Shown: piece after piece, positions 53,289 through 62,094 of the stretch
Position numbering within the stretch: position 1 is the stretch's first letter
Layout: every line of letters starts with the position of its first letter
DNA from: Gemmatimonadales bacterium
Lineage (GTDB): Bacteria > Gemmatimonadota > Gemmatimonadetes > Gemmatimonadales > GWC2-71-9
DNA: 64,000 bases
Direction of reading: 5' to 3'
NCBI GenBank assembly: GCA_050183815.1
Contig: JBFXAY010000005.1
Span: 26,861-90,860 of the forward strand
The notes under the pieces: generated by a model
Told to the model about the DNA's origin: nothing
Database searches by the model: none
Seen by the model: only the letters and a program-made list of their open reading frames with translations
Program-made: the position numbers and the translations under genes

Positions 53289-54004
53289 GCGCGCGGCGGG
53301 TAGCGACCAAAGCGGCCAACCGACCCGACCGGCCGAAACAGGTCTACGAGCAACTGAGGGGCCTGATCGTCACCGGCCGGCTCGCTCCGGGCAGCCGGCT
53401 GGTCGAAACCGACATCGCGAACCGGTTCGGGGTGAGCCGCACCCCGGTTCGCGGCGCGCTGCAGCGCCTCCAGCAGGAAGGGTACATCGTCGACTCACCG
53501 TCGATGCGGCAGTCGCGCCCGACTGTCGCTCCGCTGACGGGCAACGACGCGCGCGAATTGTTCGACATCGTCGGCCAACTCGAGGCCATCGCCGCGGCCA
53601 ACGCCGCCGAGCTGCCGCCGACCCAGCGCCAGACGCTGGTGAAGGAGTTGACCAGCGTCAACAACGACTTTCGCAAGGCGGCGCAGAATCCCCGGCCCGA
53701 CCACAACCGGCTCTGGGACCTCGACGAGGCCTTTCACGAGCGCTGCGTTGAGGTGGCCGGCGGGCCCCGGCTCCGGCTGCTGCACGCCTCGGTCAAGCCG
53801 CAGGCGGAGCGGTACGAGCGCCTCTACGTGAGCTACCTGGCCGGCGAAATCGCGACCTCGGTGGCGGAACACGAGGAGATCATCGGCGCCATCGCCGCCG
53901 GCGACGCGGCGCGGGCCAAGGGTGCGGTCGAGCAGAACTGGCACAACGCCGCCGAACGGCTGGGGCGGGTCATCGAACGGGTCGGCGACCGGGGCCACTG
54001 GTAA
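53285..54004 (+). CDS. GntR-family transcriptional regulator (FadR/FCD subfamily)
   Basis: Winged HTH (VYEQLRGLIVTGRLAPGSRLVETDIANRFGVSRTPVRGALQRLQQEGYI) plus a helical FCD-like C-domain. ATGA overlap with the deacylase stop. Confidence 0.85.
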   Translation: MSARRVATKAANRPDRPKQVYEQLRGLIVTGRLAPGSRLVETDIANRFGVSRTPVRGALQRLQQEGYIVDSPSMRQSRPTVAPLTGNDARELFDIVGQLEAIAAANAAELPPTQRQTLVKELTSVNNDFRKAAQNPRPDHNRLWDLDEAFHERCVEVAGGPRLRLLHASVKPQAERYERLYVSYLAGEIATSVAEHEEIIGAIAAGDAARAKGAVEQNWHNAAERLGRVIERVGDRGHW

Positions 54005-54007
54005 CCT

Positions 54008-55321
54008 ATGGCCGAACTCTCCCGCACTCTCAACGCCCGCGACGTTGCGTTCATCACCGCCGGCACCGTCATCGGGTCCGGCATCTTCCTCACGCCGGGC
54101 GGTGTCCTCGCCAGCTCCGGCGGCTCCGTCGGCCTGGCAATCGGCGTCTGGACCATCGGGGGCATCCTGAGCCTGCTCGGCGCCCTGACGTACGCGGAAC
54201 TCGGCTGCCTCAAGGTGGGCACCGGCGGCCTCTATGCGTACATCCGCGACGCATTCGGGCCGGTGGCCGCGTTCGTCTACGGCTGGACGCTGTTCGTGGT
54301 CATCGCGAGCGGATCGCTCGCGACCCTCGGCGTGGCCGCCGGAGACAACATGGCGGCGCTGATCCCGGGCATCTCGCCGGCCGGGAAGAAGGCCGTCGCG
54401 CTGATCATGCTCGCGGGCCTGGCCTTCATCAATGCCCGGGGTACGAAGGCGAGCACCCGGGTGCTGGCCGGGGCCACGGTACTCAAGGTGCTGGCGCTGG
54501 CCTTCCTCATCGTGATCCTGCCGTTGGTGGGGCACGGCTTCTCCGAGGTGGAGCAGGCGCCGCCGACGAACTGGAACGGCGCGATGCTCTCCGGCGGCCT
54601 CGTCGCGATGATCAGCGTGCTCTGGGCCTATGAAGGCTGGCAGTACGCGACCTTCGTGGGCGGCGAGGTGACCGATCCCCAGCGGAACTTCCCGCGGGGC
54701 CTCCTCGTTGGCACCGGGCTGGTGATCGTCATCTACGTCCTCGCCAACATCGGGTACGTGGCCGGCCTCGGTCCGACCGCGCTGGCGGGCTCGACGACCG
54801 TCGCGTCCGACGCGGTCCGGGCCGGCGTGGGGCCGGGGGCGGCGAAGATCATCGCGATCCCGGTCCTCGTCTCGATCGTGAGCGGGGCCCACGGCCTGAT
54901 GCTGACGTCGTCGCGGGTGTTCTTCGCGATGGCGCGCGATGGCGTCTTCTTCAAGCGGCTCGGCGAGATTCATCCGCGATTCGAGACGCCGGCGAACTCG
55001 ATCGTCGCGATGAGTGTCTGGGCGGCGGTCCTCGCGCTGAGCGGCACGTTCACCATCCTCCTCACCTACGTGGTGTTCGTCGGCTGGATCTTCTACGGCC
55101 TTGGCGGCCTCTGCGTCATCGCCTTCCGCCGGAAGGAGCCGGACGCACCCCGGCCGTTCCGGGTCCCGGGCTATCCGGTCACGCCGCTCGTCTTCGTCGC
55201 GTCGGCGGCGGTGATCGTGCTGAACACCGTCATTGCCAATCCCGTTCGGGGCGCGATCGGGGTCGGGGGTGCGTTGCTCGGCCTCCCGATCTTCTACTTC
55301 TGGCGTCGCCGGGCCGCCTGA
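54008..55321 (+). CDS. APC-superfamily amino-acid permease
   Basis: 12 predicted hydrophobic segments. N-terminal GTVIGSGIFLTPG motif. Confidence 0.9.
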   Translation: MAELSRTLNARDVAFITAGTVIGSGIFLTPGGVLASSGGSVGLAIGVWTIGGILSLLGALTYAELGCLKVGTGGLYAYIRDAFGPVAAFVYGWTLFVVIASGSLATLGVAAGDNMAALIPGISPAGKKAVALIMLAGLAFINARGTKASTRVLAGATVLKVLALAFLIVILPLVGHGFSEVEQAPPTNWNGAMLSGGLVAMISVLWAYEGWQYATFVGGEVTDPQRNFPRGLLVGTGLVIVIYVLANIGYVAGLGPTALAGSTTVASDAVRAGVGPGAAKIIAIPVLVSIVSGAHGLMLTSSRVFFAMARDGVFFKRLGEIHPRFETPANSIVAMSVWAAVLALSGTFTILLTYVVFVGWIFYGLGGLCVIAFRRKEPDAPRPFRVPGYPVTPLVFVASAAVIVLNTVIANPVRGAIGVGGALLGLPIFYFWRRRAA

Positions 55322-55326
55322 CCGAG

Positions 55327-55355
55327 CCGAGCGGGGTCGAACCGGCCCCGCTCGG
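55327..55355 (+). terminator. strong hairpin immediately after the permease stop
   Basis: CCGAGCGGGG (55327-55336) pairs with CCCCGCTCGG (55346-55355) and could extend into the loop. No U-tract follows. Confidence 0.4.
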
Positions 55356-55434
55356 CCCCTTGCCAGCCCCCGCCCTAACACCGGTAAGCAGCCGGTAAGT
55401 GGCCCTTCTTAGTTTCCAGGCAGAAGTCGATAAG

Positions 55435-55458
55435 GGGTAATGCGTTACCCTACCGGTA
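55435..55458. promoter_or_regulatory. adjacent palindromes GGGTAA-TGCG-TTACCC and TACCGGTA upstream of the tetR-family gene (operator candidates)
   Basis: Read directly. A direct repeat CCGGTAAG also occurs at 55381-55388 and 55392-55399. Confidence 0.4.
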
Positions 55459-55530
55459 CAGGCGCGGAACCCTAACGGGGCAAGTACTTGCTTGCATCAT
55501 GAGGAAGACCCCATTAACCTTGCCGACCCT

Positions 55531-56112
55531 ATGGAACTACGCGAACGAATCCTCGAGGCGGCGGCCGCCGTGTACGCCGAAACCGGCTTCCGCGGCGCGA
55601 CCACGCGGCGAATCGCCGAGCGAGCCGGGGTGAACGAAATCACCCTGTTCCGGCACTTCGGCTCGAAGACCATGCTGCTCCATGAGGCCGTGCGATGCGC
55701 CGGCCTCGAACCGAATCTTTGCCCGCTGCCCGATCGTCCGGGGGAGCCGTTCACCGACCTCCGTGACTGGGCTCGCAACTCCTTCGAGTGGCTCTATGAG
55801 CGGCGCTCGCTGATCCGGACGGCGATGGGGGAGATGGACGAACGACCGGACCTCCTCCCCGCCGACCGAAGCCCGGCGGTCTGCGCCGGCCAGGCACTCG
55901 CCCAGTACCTGCTCCGGTTGCAGGAAACCGGGGTCATCGGCGCCGACGTGGATGTCCGGGCGGCGGCCATGATGTTCATGGGGACCATCTTCAGCGACGC
56001 GATCACCCGGGATTTCGTGCCGGCCGCCTATCGTCCGGCGCCGGAGACGTCGATTGAGCAATACGTGACCCTCTTCACCAGGGCGTTAGGAATCAAGGAG
56101 CAGGCGCGGTGA
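55531..56112 (+). CDS. TetR/AcrR-family transcriptional regulator
   Basis: N-terminal HTH (RERILEAAAAVYAETGFRGATTRRIAERAGVNEITLFRHFGSK). The ATG at 55531 is preferred over the TTG at 55492. Confidence 0.85.
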   Translation: MELRERILEAAAAVYAETGFRGATTRRIAERAGVNEITLFRHFGSKTMLLHEAVRCAGLEPNLCPLPDRPGEPFTDLRDWARNSFEWLYERRSLIRTAMGEMDERPDLLPADRSPAVCAGQALAQYLLRLQETGVIGADVDVRAAAMMFMGTIFSDAITRDFVPAAYRPAPETSIEQYVTLFTRALGIKEQAR

Positions 56113-57638
56113 AACGATTGACCCTTTGCATGGCGGCCGGGGCGCTGGTTGCCGGATCCTCCCTCGCGGCCCAGGCGCCCGCGCCCCGGTCGCTCTCGCT
56201 CGAGGAAGCGCTGCAGCTCGCCCGCCCGGCGAGCGAGGGCATCGCGCTGGCCCGGCTTGGCGTCGATCAGGCCCGCGGGCAGCAGTATCTGGCCCGAAGC
56301 CCGTTGCTGCCGCAGCTGAGCGGGTCGATCGGCTACACCCACCAGCTCAAGTCGCAATTCGACGGCGTCTTCGGCAGCACCCCGGTGGACTCCACCGCGC
56401 CGCCGCCGACCACGAGCTGTCCGCCGTACAACCCCGACCCGAGCCTGCCGATCGCCGACCGGATCGACGCGCTCGAGCAGGCGGTCGATTGCTCGACCCG
56501 GCTCAACCCGTTCGCGGGATTCAGCCGGCTGCCGTTCGGACGGAAGAACACTTATACCTGGGGCCTCTCCGCCAGCCAGACCCTCTTCGACGGCGGCCGC
56601 GCCTTCGGCCAGATCAGGGCCGCCAACGCCGGCCGGACCAGCGCCACGATCGGCCTGACCAGCGCGGAAGCCGCCGTGGTGCTCGAGGTCGTCCAGGCCT
56701 ACTACGACGCGGCACTCACCGACCGCCTGGTGGCCATTGCGGAGGCCACGCTGGCCCAGACGGACACCACCCTGCGGCAGACCCAGCTCCGGCGCGAGGT
56801 CGGGACTGTCCCGGAGTTCGACCTGCTCCGGGCCCGGGTCGCCCGCGACAACCAGCGGCCGGCGGTGATCCAGGCGCACACGGCCCGGGATCTCGCCTAC
56901 GTCCGGCTCCGGCAACTCCTCAACCTGCCGGCTGACGCCGACCTGGAGCTGACCACCGCCCTCGCGGACACGTCCCTGATCCGGACGCCGACGCTGGCCC
57001 AGCTGGCGGCCACGGCGCCGGACACGGCGGTCGAGCGCCGGGCGCCGGTCCGTCAGGCGGCATTGGCCGTTGCGGCCCAGGAGGGGCTCGACCAGGCCTC
57101 CCGCGCCGGCCGGCTGCCGTCGGTGTCGCTCACGTCGCAGTACACCCGCCTGGCCTACCCGACGAAGGGCCTGCCGGGCCTCGACGAATTCGTGACCGAC
57201 TGGAACCTCGCGCTGGGCGTCCAGATCCCGATCTTCACCGGCGGCCGGATCAAGGGCGACCGGATCCGCGCGTCCGCCGCGGTGGCCGAAGCGAAGCTCC
57301 GGCTGACCCAGGCCCGGGAAGCGGCCGAGCTCGACGCCCGCAGCGCCCTCGCCCAGCTGGACGCGGCGATCGCGAACTGGCAGGCGAGCGAGGGGACCGC
57401 CGCGCAGGCGACCCGGGCCTACCAGATCGCCGAGATCCGCTTCCAGGAGGGGATCTCGACGCAGACCGAGTTGCTCGACGCCCGGATCGCCCTCCAGCAG
57501 GCCGAGGTGAACCAGGCGCAGGCCGCCCGCGACCTCCAGATCGCCCGGGCCCGGGCGAGTCTCATCGCGGACCTGCCGTTCGGCGCGACCTCATCGACTT
57601 CGACGGCCGGACGCTCGCCGTCGCCGGCCTCCAACTGA
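56109..57638 (+). CDS. TolC-family outer-membrane efflux protein
   Basis: Signal peptide. Duplicated TolC repeat pattern (SLEEALQLA..., YDAALTDRLV, repeated heptad helices). GTGA overlap with tetR. Confidence 0.85.
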   Translation: MKRLTLCMAAGALVAGSSLAAQAPAPRSLSLEEALQLARPASEGIALARLGVDQARGQQYLARSPLLPQLSGSIGYTHQLKSQFDGVFGSTPVDSTAPPPTTSCPPYNPDPSLPIADRIDALEQAVDCSTRLNPFAGFSRLPFGRKNTYTWGLSASQTLFDGGRAFGQIRAANAGRTSATIGLTSAEAAVVLEVVQAYYDAALTDRLVAIAEATLAQTDTTLRQTQLRREVGTVPEFDLLRARVARDNQRPAVIQAHTARDLAYVRLRQLLNLPADADLELTTALADTSLIRTPTLAQLAATAPDTAVERRAPVRQAALAVAAQEGLDQASRAGRLPSVSLTSQYTRLAYPTKGLPGLDEFVTDWNLALGVQIPIFTGGRIKGDRIRASAAVAEAKLRLTQAREAAELDARSALAQLDAAIANWQASEGTAAQATRAYQIAEIRFQEGISTQTELLDARIALQQAEVNQAQAARDLQIARARASLIADLPFGATSSTSTAGRSPSPASN

Positions 57639-57652
57639 GGACTGACGTACTC

Positions 57653-58777
57653 ATGCGTGCTCGTGTGCTTGCCCCCGCCCTGCTTCTCTCTCTCTCCGCC
57701 GTCCTCGGTGCCGGCTGCGGCGCCAAGGAGGCCGGTGCCGACGCCGCGGTCGAGGCGCCGCCGACCCTCGTCGGGCCGGAGAATCTGTTCGTGGCCGAGC
57801 AGGCCATGCTGCAGAATGGTCCGGTGATCTCCGGCGCCCTCGACGCCGAACGAAAGGCCACCGTCCGCGCCGAAGTCGCGAGCCAGGTGACCCAGGTGCT
57901 CGTCGAGGTCGGCCAGCCGGTGACCCGCGGCCAGATCCTCGCCCGGCTCAACGACGACGCCGTTCGCGACGTCGTCCTCTCGGCCCGTTCGGGCCTCCGC
58001 ACGGCCACCGAGGCGGCCGTGGTGGCCAAGCGCAACGCCGAACGCTCCGAGAAACTGGCCGGCGCCGGTGCCCTGTCGGATCGGGACCTCGAACAGGCCC
58101 GCTGGCAGGCGATGAACGCCGACGCCGTCGTGGCCGACGCCGAGGCCCGGCTGGCCAGCGCGGAAAAGGCCCTCGGGTACACCCAGATCCGATCGCCGCT
58201 CAACGGCGTCGTGAGCGAGCGCCAGGTGAGCGCCGGCGACAACGTGTCGGCGGGCAATCCGCTCTTCGGCATCGTCGATCCGTCGAGCCTCCGGCTCGAG
58301 GCGCAGGTCCCGGTCTCCGCGATCGGCGCCCTCAAGGTCGGGACGGCGGTGCCGTTCGCGATCGACGGGATCGCCGATCGCCGCTTCGAGGGTCGGGTCA
58401 CCCGCATCAACCCGGCCGTCGACCCGACCACCCGTCAGGTCCGCGTGATCGTCGGGCTGCCCAATCAAAGCGGGCGGCTGGTGGCGGGGCTCTTTGCCCA
58501 GGGCCGCGTGGCGCTCGAGTCCCGTGAAGGCATCGTGGTACCGTCCTCGGCGATCGACCGCCGCGGCCTCCGGCCGGTCGTCACCCGGCTCGACGCCGGC
58601 GTAGCGCGCCGCATCGAAGTGGCCCTCGGCATCGAGGACCCCAGCACCGACCGCGTCGAGATCACGTCGGGCGTCGCCCTCGGCGACACCCTCATCATCG
58701 GGGCCGCGCGGGGCGTTCCGCCCGGCACCAAGGTCAGGCCCTCGGCGCAAGCCGAACGGGCCGCGACCAGCAACTAG
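57653..58777 (+). CDS. RND efflux periplasmic adaptor (membrane-fusion protein)
   Basis: Lipobox LGAGC, and biotinyl-lipoyl/hairpin/beta-barrel patterns (VEVGQPVTRGQILARL, YTQIRSPLNGVVSERQVSAGDNV). Confidence 0.9.
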   Translation: MRARVLAPALLLSLSAVLGAGCGAKEAGADAAVEAPPTLVGPENLFVAEQAMLQNGPVISGALDAERKATVRAEVASQVTQVLVEVGQPVTRGQILARLNDDAVRDVVLSARSGLRTATEAAVVAKRNAERSEKLAGAGALSDRDLEQARWQAMNADAVVADAEARLASAEKALGYTQIRSPLNGVVSERQVSAGDNVSAGNPLFGIVDPSSLRLEAQVPVSAIGALKVGTAVPFAIDGIADRRFEGRVTRINPAVDPTTRQVRVIVGLPNQSGRLVAGLFAQGRVALESREGIVVPSSAIDRRGLRPVVTRLDAGVARRIEVALGIEDPSTDRVEITSGVALGDTLIIGAARGVPPGTKVRPSAQAERAATSN

Positions 58778-58791
58778 CGGGAGGACGACCC

Positions 58792-61700
58792 GTGGTCATT
58801 TCCGATTTCGCGATTCGCCGCCCCGTCATCACCATCGTGGCCATGCTGGCGCTGGTCACGTTCGGGGTGTTCTCCCTGTTCAAGCTCAAGACCGACGAAT
58901 TCCCGGAGATCAATCCGCCGTTCGTCTCCGTGATTCTGATCTACCCGGGCTCGGCACCCGACGGCGTCGAGAAGGACGTGATCGACCCGGTGGAGGAAGC
59001 CATCGCGGGGATTTCGGGCGTCAAGCGGGTGATCAGCACCGCCGAAGACGGCTTCGGCCAGGTGCTCGTCGAGTTCCAGTTCGAGAAGCCGCTCGCCGAA
59101 GCGACGCAGGACGTCCGCGACGCGATCTCCGAGATCCGCGGCGACCTGCCCCCGGAGCTCGAAGAGCCGATCATCAAGAAGTTCAACGACACCGACCGGC
59201 CGATCGTCTCGCTGGCGCTCTCGTCGACCCGGCTCTCGCCGGCCGAACTCACCCGGCTCGCCGACCCCGCGATCACCCGGGAAATGCGGGCCATCGGCGG
59301 GGTGGCGGAAGTCGCCATCGCCGGGAAGCTCGAGCGCGAGCTGACGGTCGAGATCAATCCACAGGCCATGCAGGCCGCCGGCGTGAGCGTCAGCCAGATC
59401 GTCCAGGCGCTGCAGCTCCAGAACCTCTCGAGCCCGGTAGGCCGGATCGAGGGCCCGAACGAGGAACGGTCGATCCGGCTTCGGGGCCGGCTCCAGACGC
59501 CGGCGGAGTTCGCCCAGATCGCCGTTGTGGAGCGGGGCGGCCGGGTCGTCCGCCTCGGCGAGCTCGCCGCCGTGCGGGACGGCCACGCCGAGGCGCGGAC
59601 GCTGGCGCTCTACAACGGCAACGAGGCCGTGGGCATCGACATCAAGAAGAGCCAGGGGTACAGCACCACCGACGTCTCGGGCCGGATCCTGGCCCGGGTC
59701 GACGCGATCCGGGCCGGCCTGCCGGAAGGCACCACACTCGACATCATCCGGGATTCCGGCGAACGCGTCGACCGCTCGGTCTGGGAGGTCGGCAAGGCGC
59801 TGATCGAGGGCGCGCTGCTGACCGTGCTCGTGGTCTTCATCTTCCTCAACTCGTGGCGCTCGACCGTGATCACCGGCCTGGCGCTCCCGGTCTCGGTACT
59901 GGCCTCGTTCATTGCGGTGTGGGCCTTCGGGTTCACCCTGAACACGATGTCACTGCTCGGGCTCTCGCTCGCGATCGGCGTGCTGATCGACGACGCGATC
60001 GTGGTCCGGGAAAACATCGTTCGCCACGTCGAGATGGGGAAAGACCACGTCCGCGCGGCGCACGAGGGCACCGACGAGATCGGCCTCGCCGTGGCAGCCA
60101 CGACCTTCTCCATTCTGGCTGTGTTCATCCCGGTCGGCTTCCAGGGCGGCCTCACCGAACAGTGGATGCAGCCCTTCGCGCTCACCATCGCGTGTTCGGT
60201 GGCGGTCTCGCTCCTGGTATCGTTCTCCCTCGACCCGATGCTGTCGGCCTACTGGCCCGATCCGCACAAGCCGCCACACGAGCGGGGCCCGATCACCCGG
60301 GCGTTGGACAAGTTCAATGCGTGGTTCGCCCGCCAGGCCGAGAACTACAAGAAGGTCATCGCCTGGGCGCTCGACCACCGCCTGTCGATGGTCATCCTGA
60401 CGGTCGGGACCTTCTTCGCCTCGTTCGTCCTGCCCAACAAGGGCCTGCTCGCCCTGATCGGCGCGCTCATCGGGCTCGGGGTCATGGCGTGGGGCGCCGC
60501 CCAGACCCGGACCGCCGTCAAGGTCCTCGGGGTTCTCGGCGGCCTGGTGCTGGCCGTGGCACTCGAGCGGGCGGCACCGGTCTGGAAGAAGGTCGGGGCC
60601 GGGTTCTTTCCGCTCGACGACCGGTCGGAGTTCTTCGTCAAAGTGGAAACGCCGCCGGGCTCGAGCCTCGACTACACCCACCGTCAGGTGGACCAGGTCG
60701 AAAGCGTCCTCAAGACCATCCCCGAGCTGCGCTACACCTATGCCACGCTCGGCGGTGGCCAGTCCGGCACGGTGGACGTTGCGAACATCTACGTCAAGGT
60801 GACGCCCAAGGCCGAACGGGAGCGGGACGTCGAGGCCATCGCGACGGAAGTCCGGACGAAGGTAGCGAACTTCACCGGCTTCACGCCGTCGGTCTTCACG
60901 AACGACTTCAGCGGCGGGCGGAAGATGCTCGCGCTCAACGTCCAGGGCGACGACCCCGCGGCCCTCTCCGCAATGGCCGAGCAGATCAAGGCGGAAGTCG
61001 CCCAGGTACCGAACGTGGTGGACCTCGGGTTGTCGACCAAGGGCCAGAAGCCCGAACTCAACATCGAACTCAACCGGGGCCTCGCCGGCGCCCTTGGCGT
61101 CAGCGTCGGCCAGGTGGCCCAGGCCATCCGGCCGGCCTTCGCGGGCATCGATGCCGGCGACTGGATCGATCCGTCCGGCGAAACCCGCGACGTCCGGATC
61201 CGCCTCGCGCCGGAGTACCGCGCCCGGACCACCGACCTGGCCCAGCTGCCCCTCGTCGTCCCCGGGCCCACCGGCGCCCCCGCGACCCTGCCCCTCGGCC
61301 AGGTCGCCGAGATCTCCAACGGCCTCGGGCCCGCGGCGATCAACCACCTCAACCGCGAGCCGAACGTCGTCGTCGAATGGAACGTCGCCGGCCGGTCGAC
61401 CGGTGAGGTCTTCGCCGACGTCCAGGCCCGCCTCGCGGCGCGGGGAATCGCGCTCAACACACCCCTCACCGGCGGCGTGTCGGTCACGACCGGCGGCGAT
61501 CAGGAGAGCCAGAACGAAGCGTTCGGCAGCATCTTCTTCTCGCTGGGCGTCGCCGTGATGCTGATGTACCTGGTGCTGGTCATGCAGTTCGGGTCCTTCA
61601 TGGACCCGCTCGCCATCATGGCCTCGCTGCCGCTCTCGCTGATCGGCGTCCTCCTCGGGCTTTCGCTCGCGGACTATACGATCAACATCATGAGCCTCAT

Positions 61701-62094
61701 CGGGGTTATTCTACTGATGGGACTCGTGGCCAAGAACGCGATCCTGCTGATCGACTTCGCCAAGTGGGCCCAGGAGGAGCGGGGCCTGTCGATCCGAGAC
61801 GCGCTCATCGAGGCCGGCGGCATCCGGCTTCGGCCGATCCTGATGACGACCGTGGCCCTGATCGCCGGCATGATCCCGATCGCCCTCGGCACCGGGGAAG
61901 GCTCGCAGTTCCGGTCGCCCCTCGGCGTGGCGGTCATTGGCGGAGTCGCCACGTCCACCTTGCTCACGTTGCTCGTGATCCCGACCTTCTACGAGATCAT
62001 GTACGAAACGCGGGAGCGGCTGTTCAACCGATTCCGGTCGGCCCGCCGCGGCCTCCGGACTGAGACCGCCCGCGTGGCGGAGGAGAGTCGGTGA
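58792..62094 (+). CDS. RND (HAE1/AcrB-like) efflux permease
   Basis: 1100 aa. ISDFAIRRPV N-terminus, and the TM4 proton-relay motif LAIGVLIDDAIVVRENI. Confidence 0.95.
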   Translation: MVISDFAIRRPVITIVAMLALVTFGVFSLFKLKTDEFPEINPPFVSVILIYPGSAPDGVEKDVIDPVEEAIAGISGVKRVISTAEDGFGQVLVEFQFEKPLAEATQDVRDAISEIRGDLPPELEEPIIKKFNDTDRPIVSLALSSTRLSPAELTRLADPAITREMRAIGGVAEVAIAGKLERELTVEINPQAMQAAGVSVSQIVQALQLQNLSSPVGRIEGPNEERSIRLRGRLQTPAEFAQIAVVERGGRVVRLGELAAVRDGHAEARTLALYNGNEAVGIDIKKSQGYSTTDVSGRILARVDAIRAGLPEGTTLDIIRDSGERVDRSVWEVGKALIEGALLTVLVVFIFLNSWRSTVITGLALPVSVLASFIAVWAFGFTLNTMSLLGLSLAIGVLIDDAIVVRENIVRHVEMGKDHVRAAHEGTDEIGLAVAATTFSILAVFIPVGFQGGLTEQWMQPFALTIACSVAVSLLVSFSLDPMLSAYWPDPHKPPHERGPITRALDKFNAWFARQAENYKKVIAWALDHRLSMVILTVGTFFASFVLPNKGLLALIGALIGLGVMAWGAAQTRTAVKVLGVLGGLVLAVALERAAPVWKKVGAGFFPLDDRSEFFVKVETPPGSSLDYTHRQVDQVESVLKTIPELRYTYATLGGGQSGTVDVANIYVKVTPKAERERDVEAIATEVRTKVANFTGFTPSVFTNDFSGGRKMLALNVQGDDPAALSAMAEQIKAEVAQVPNVVDLGLSTKGQKPELNIELNRGLAGALGVSVGQVAQAIRPAFAGIDAGDWIDPSGETRDVRIRLAPEYRARTTDLAQLPLVVPGPTGAPATLPLGQVAEISNGLGPAAINHLNREPNVVVEWNVAGRSTGEVFADVQARLAARGIALNTPLTGGVSVTTGGDQESQNEAFGSIFFSLGVAVMLMYLVLVMQFGSFMDPLAIMASLPLSLIGVLLGLSLADYTINIMSLIGVILLMGLVAKNAILLIDFAKWAQEERGLSIRDALIEAGGIRLRPILMTTVALIAGMIPIALGTGEGSQFRSPLGVAVIGGVATSTLLTLLVIPTFYEIMYETRERLFNRFRSARRGLRTETARVAEESR

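Noticed and set aside
53495-55381. 628-aa minus-strand ORF
   Set aside because: It is antisense to the GntR and APC permease genes, with Arg/Asp/Gly/His-rich composition and no motifs.
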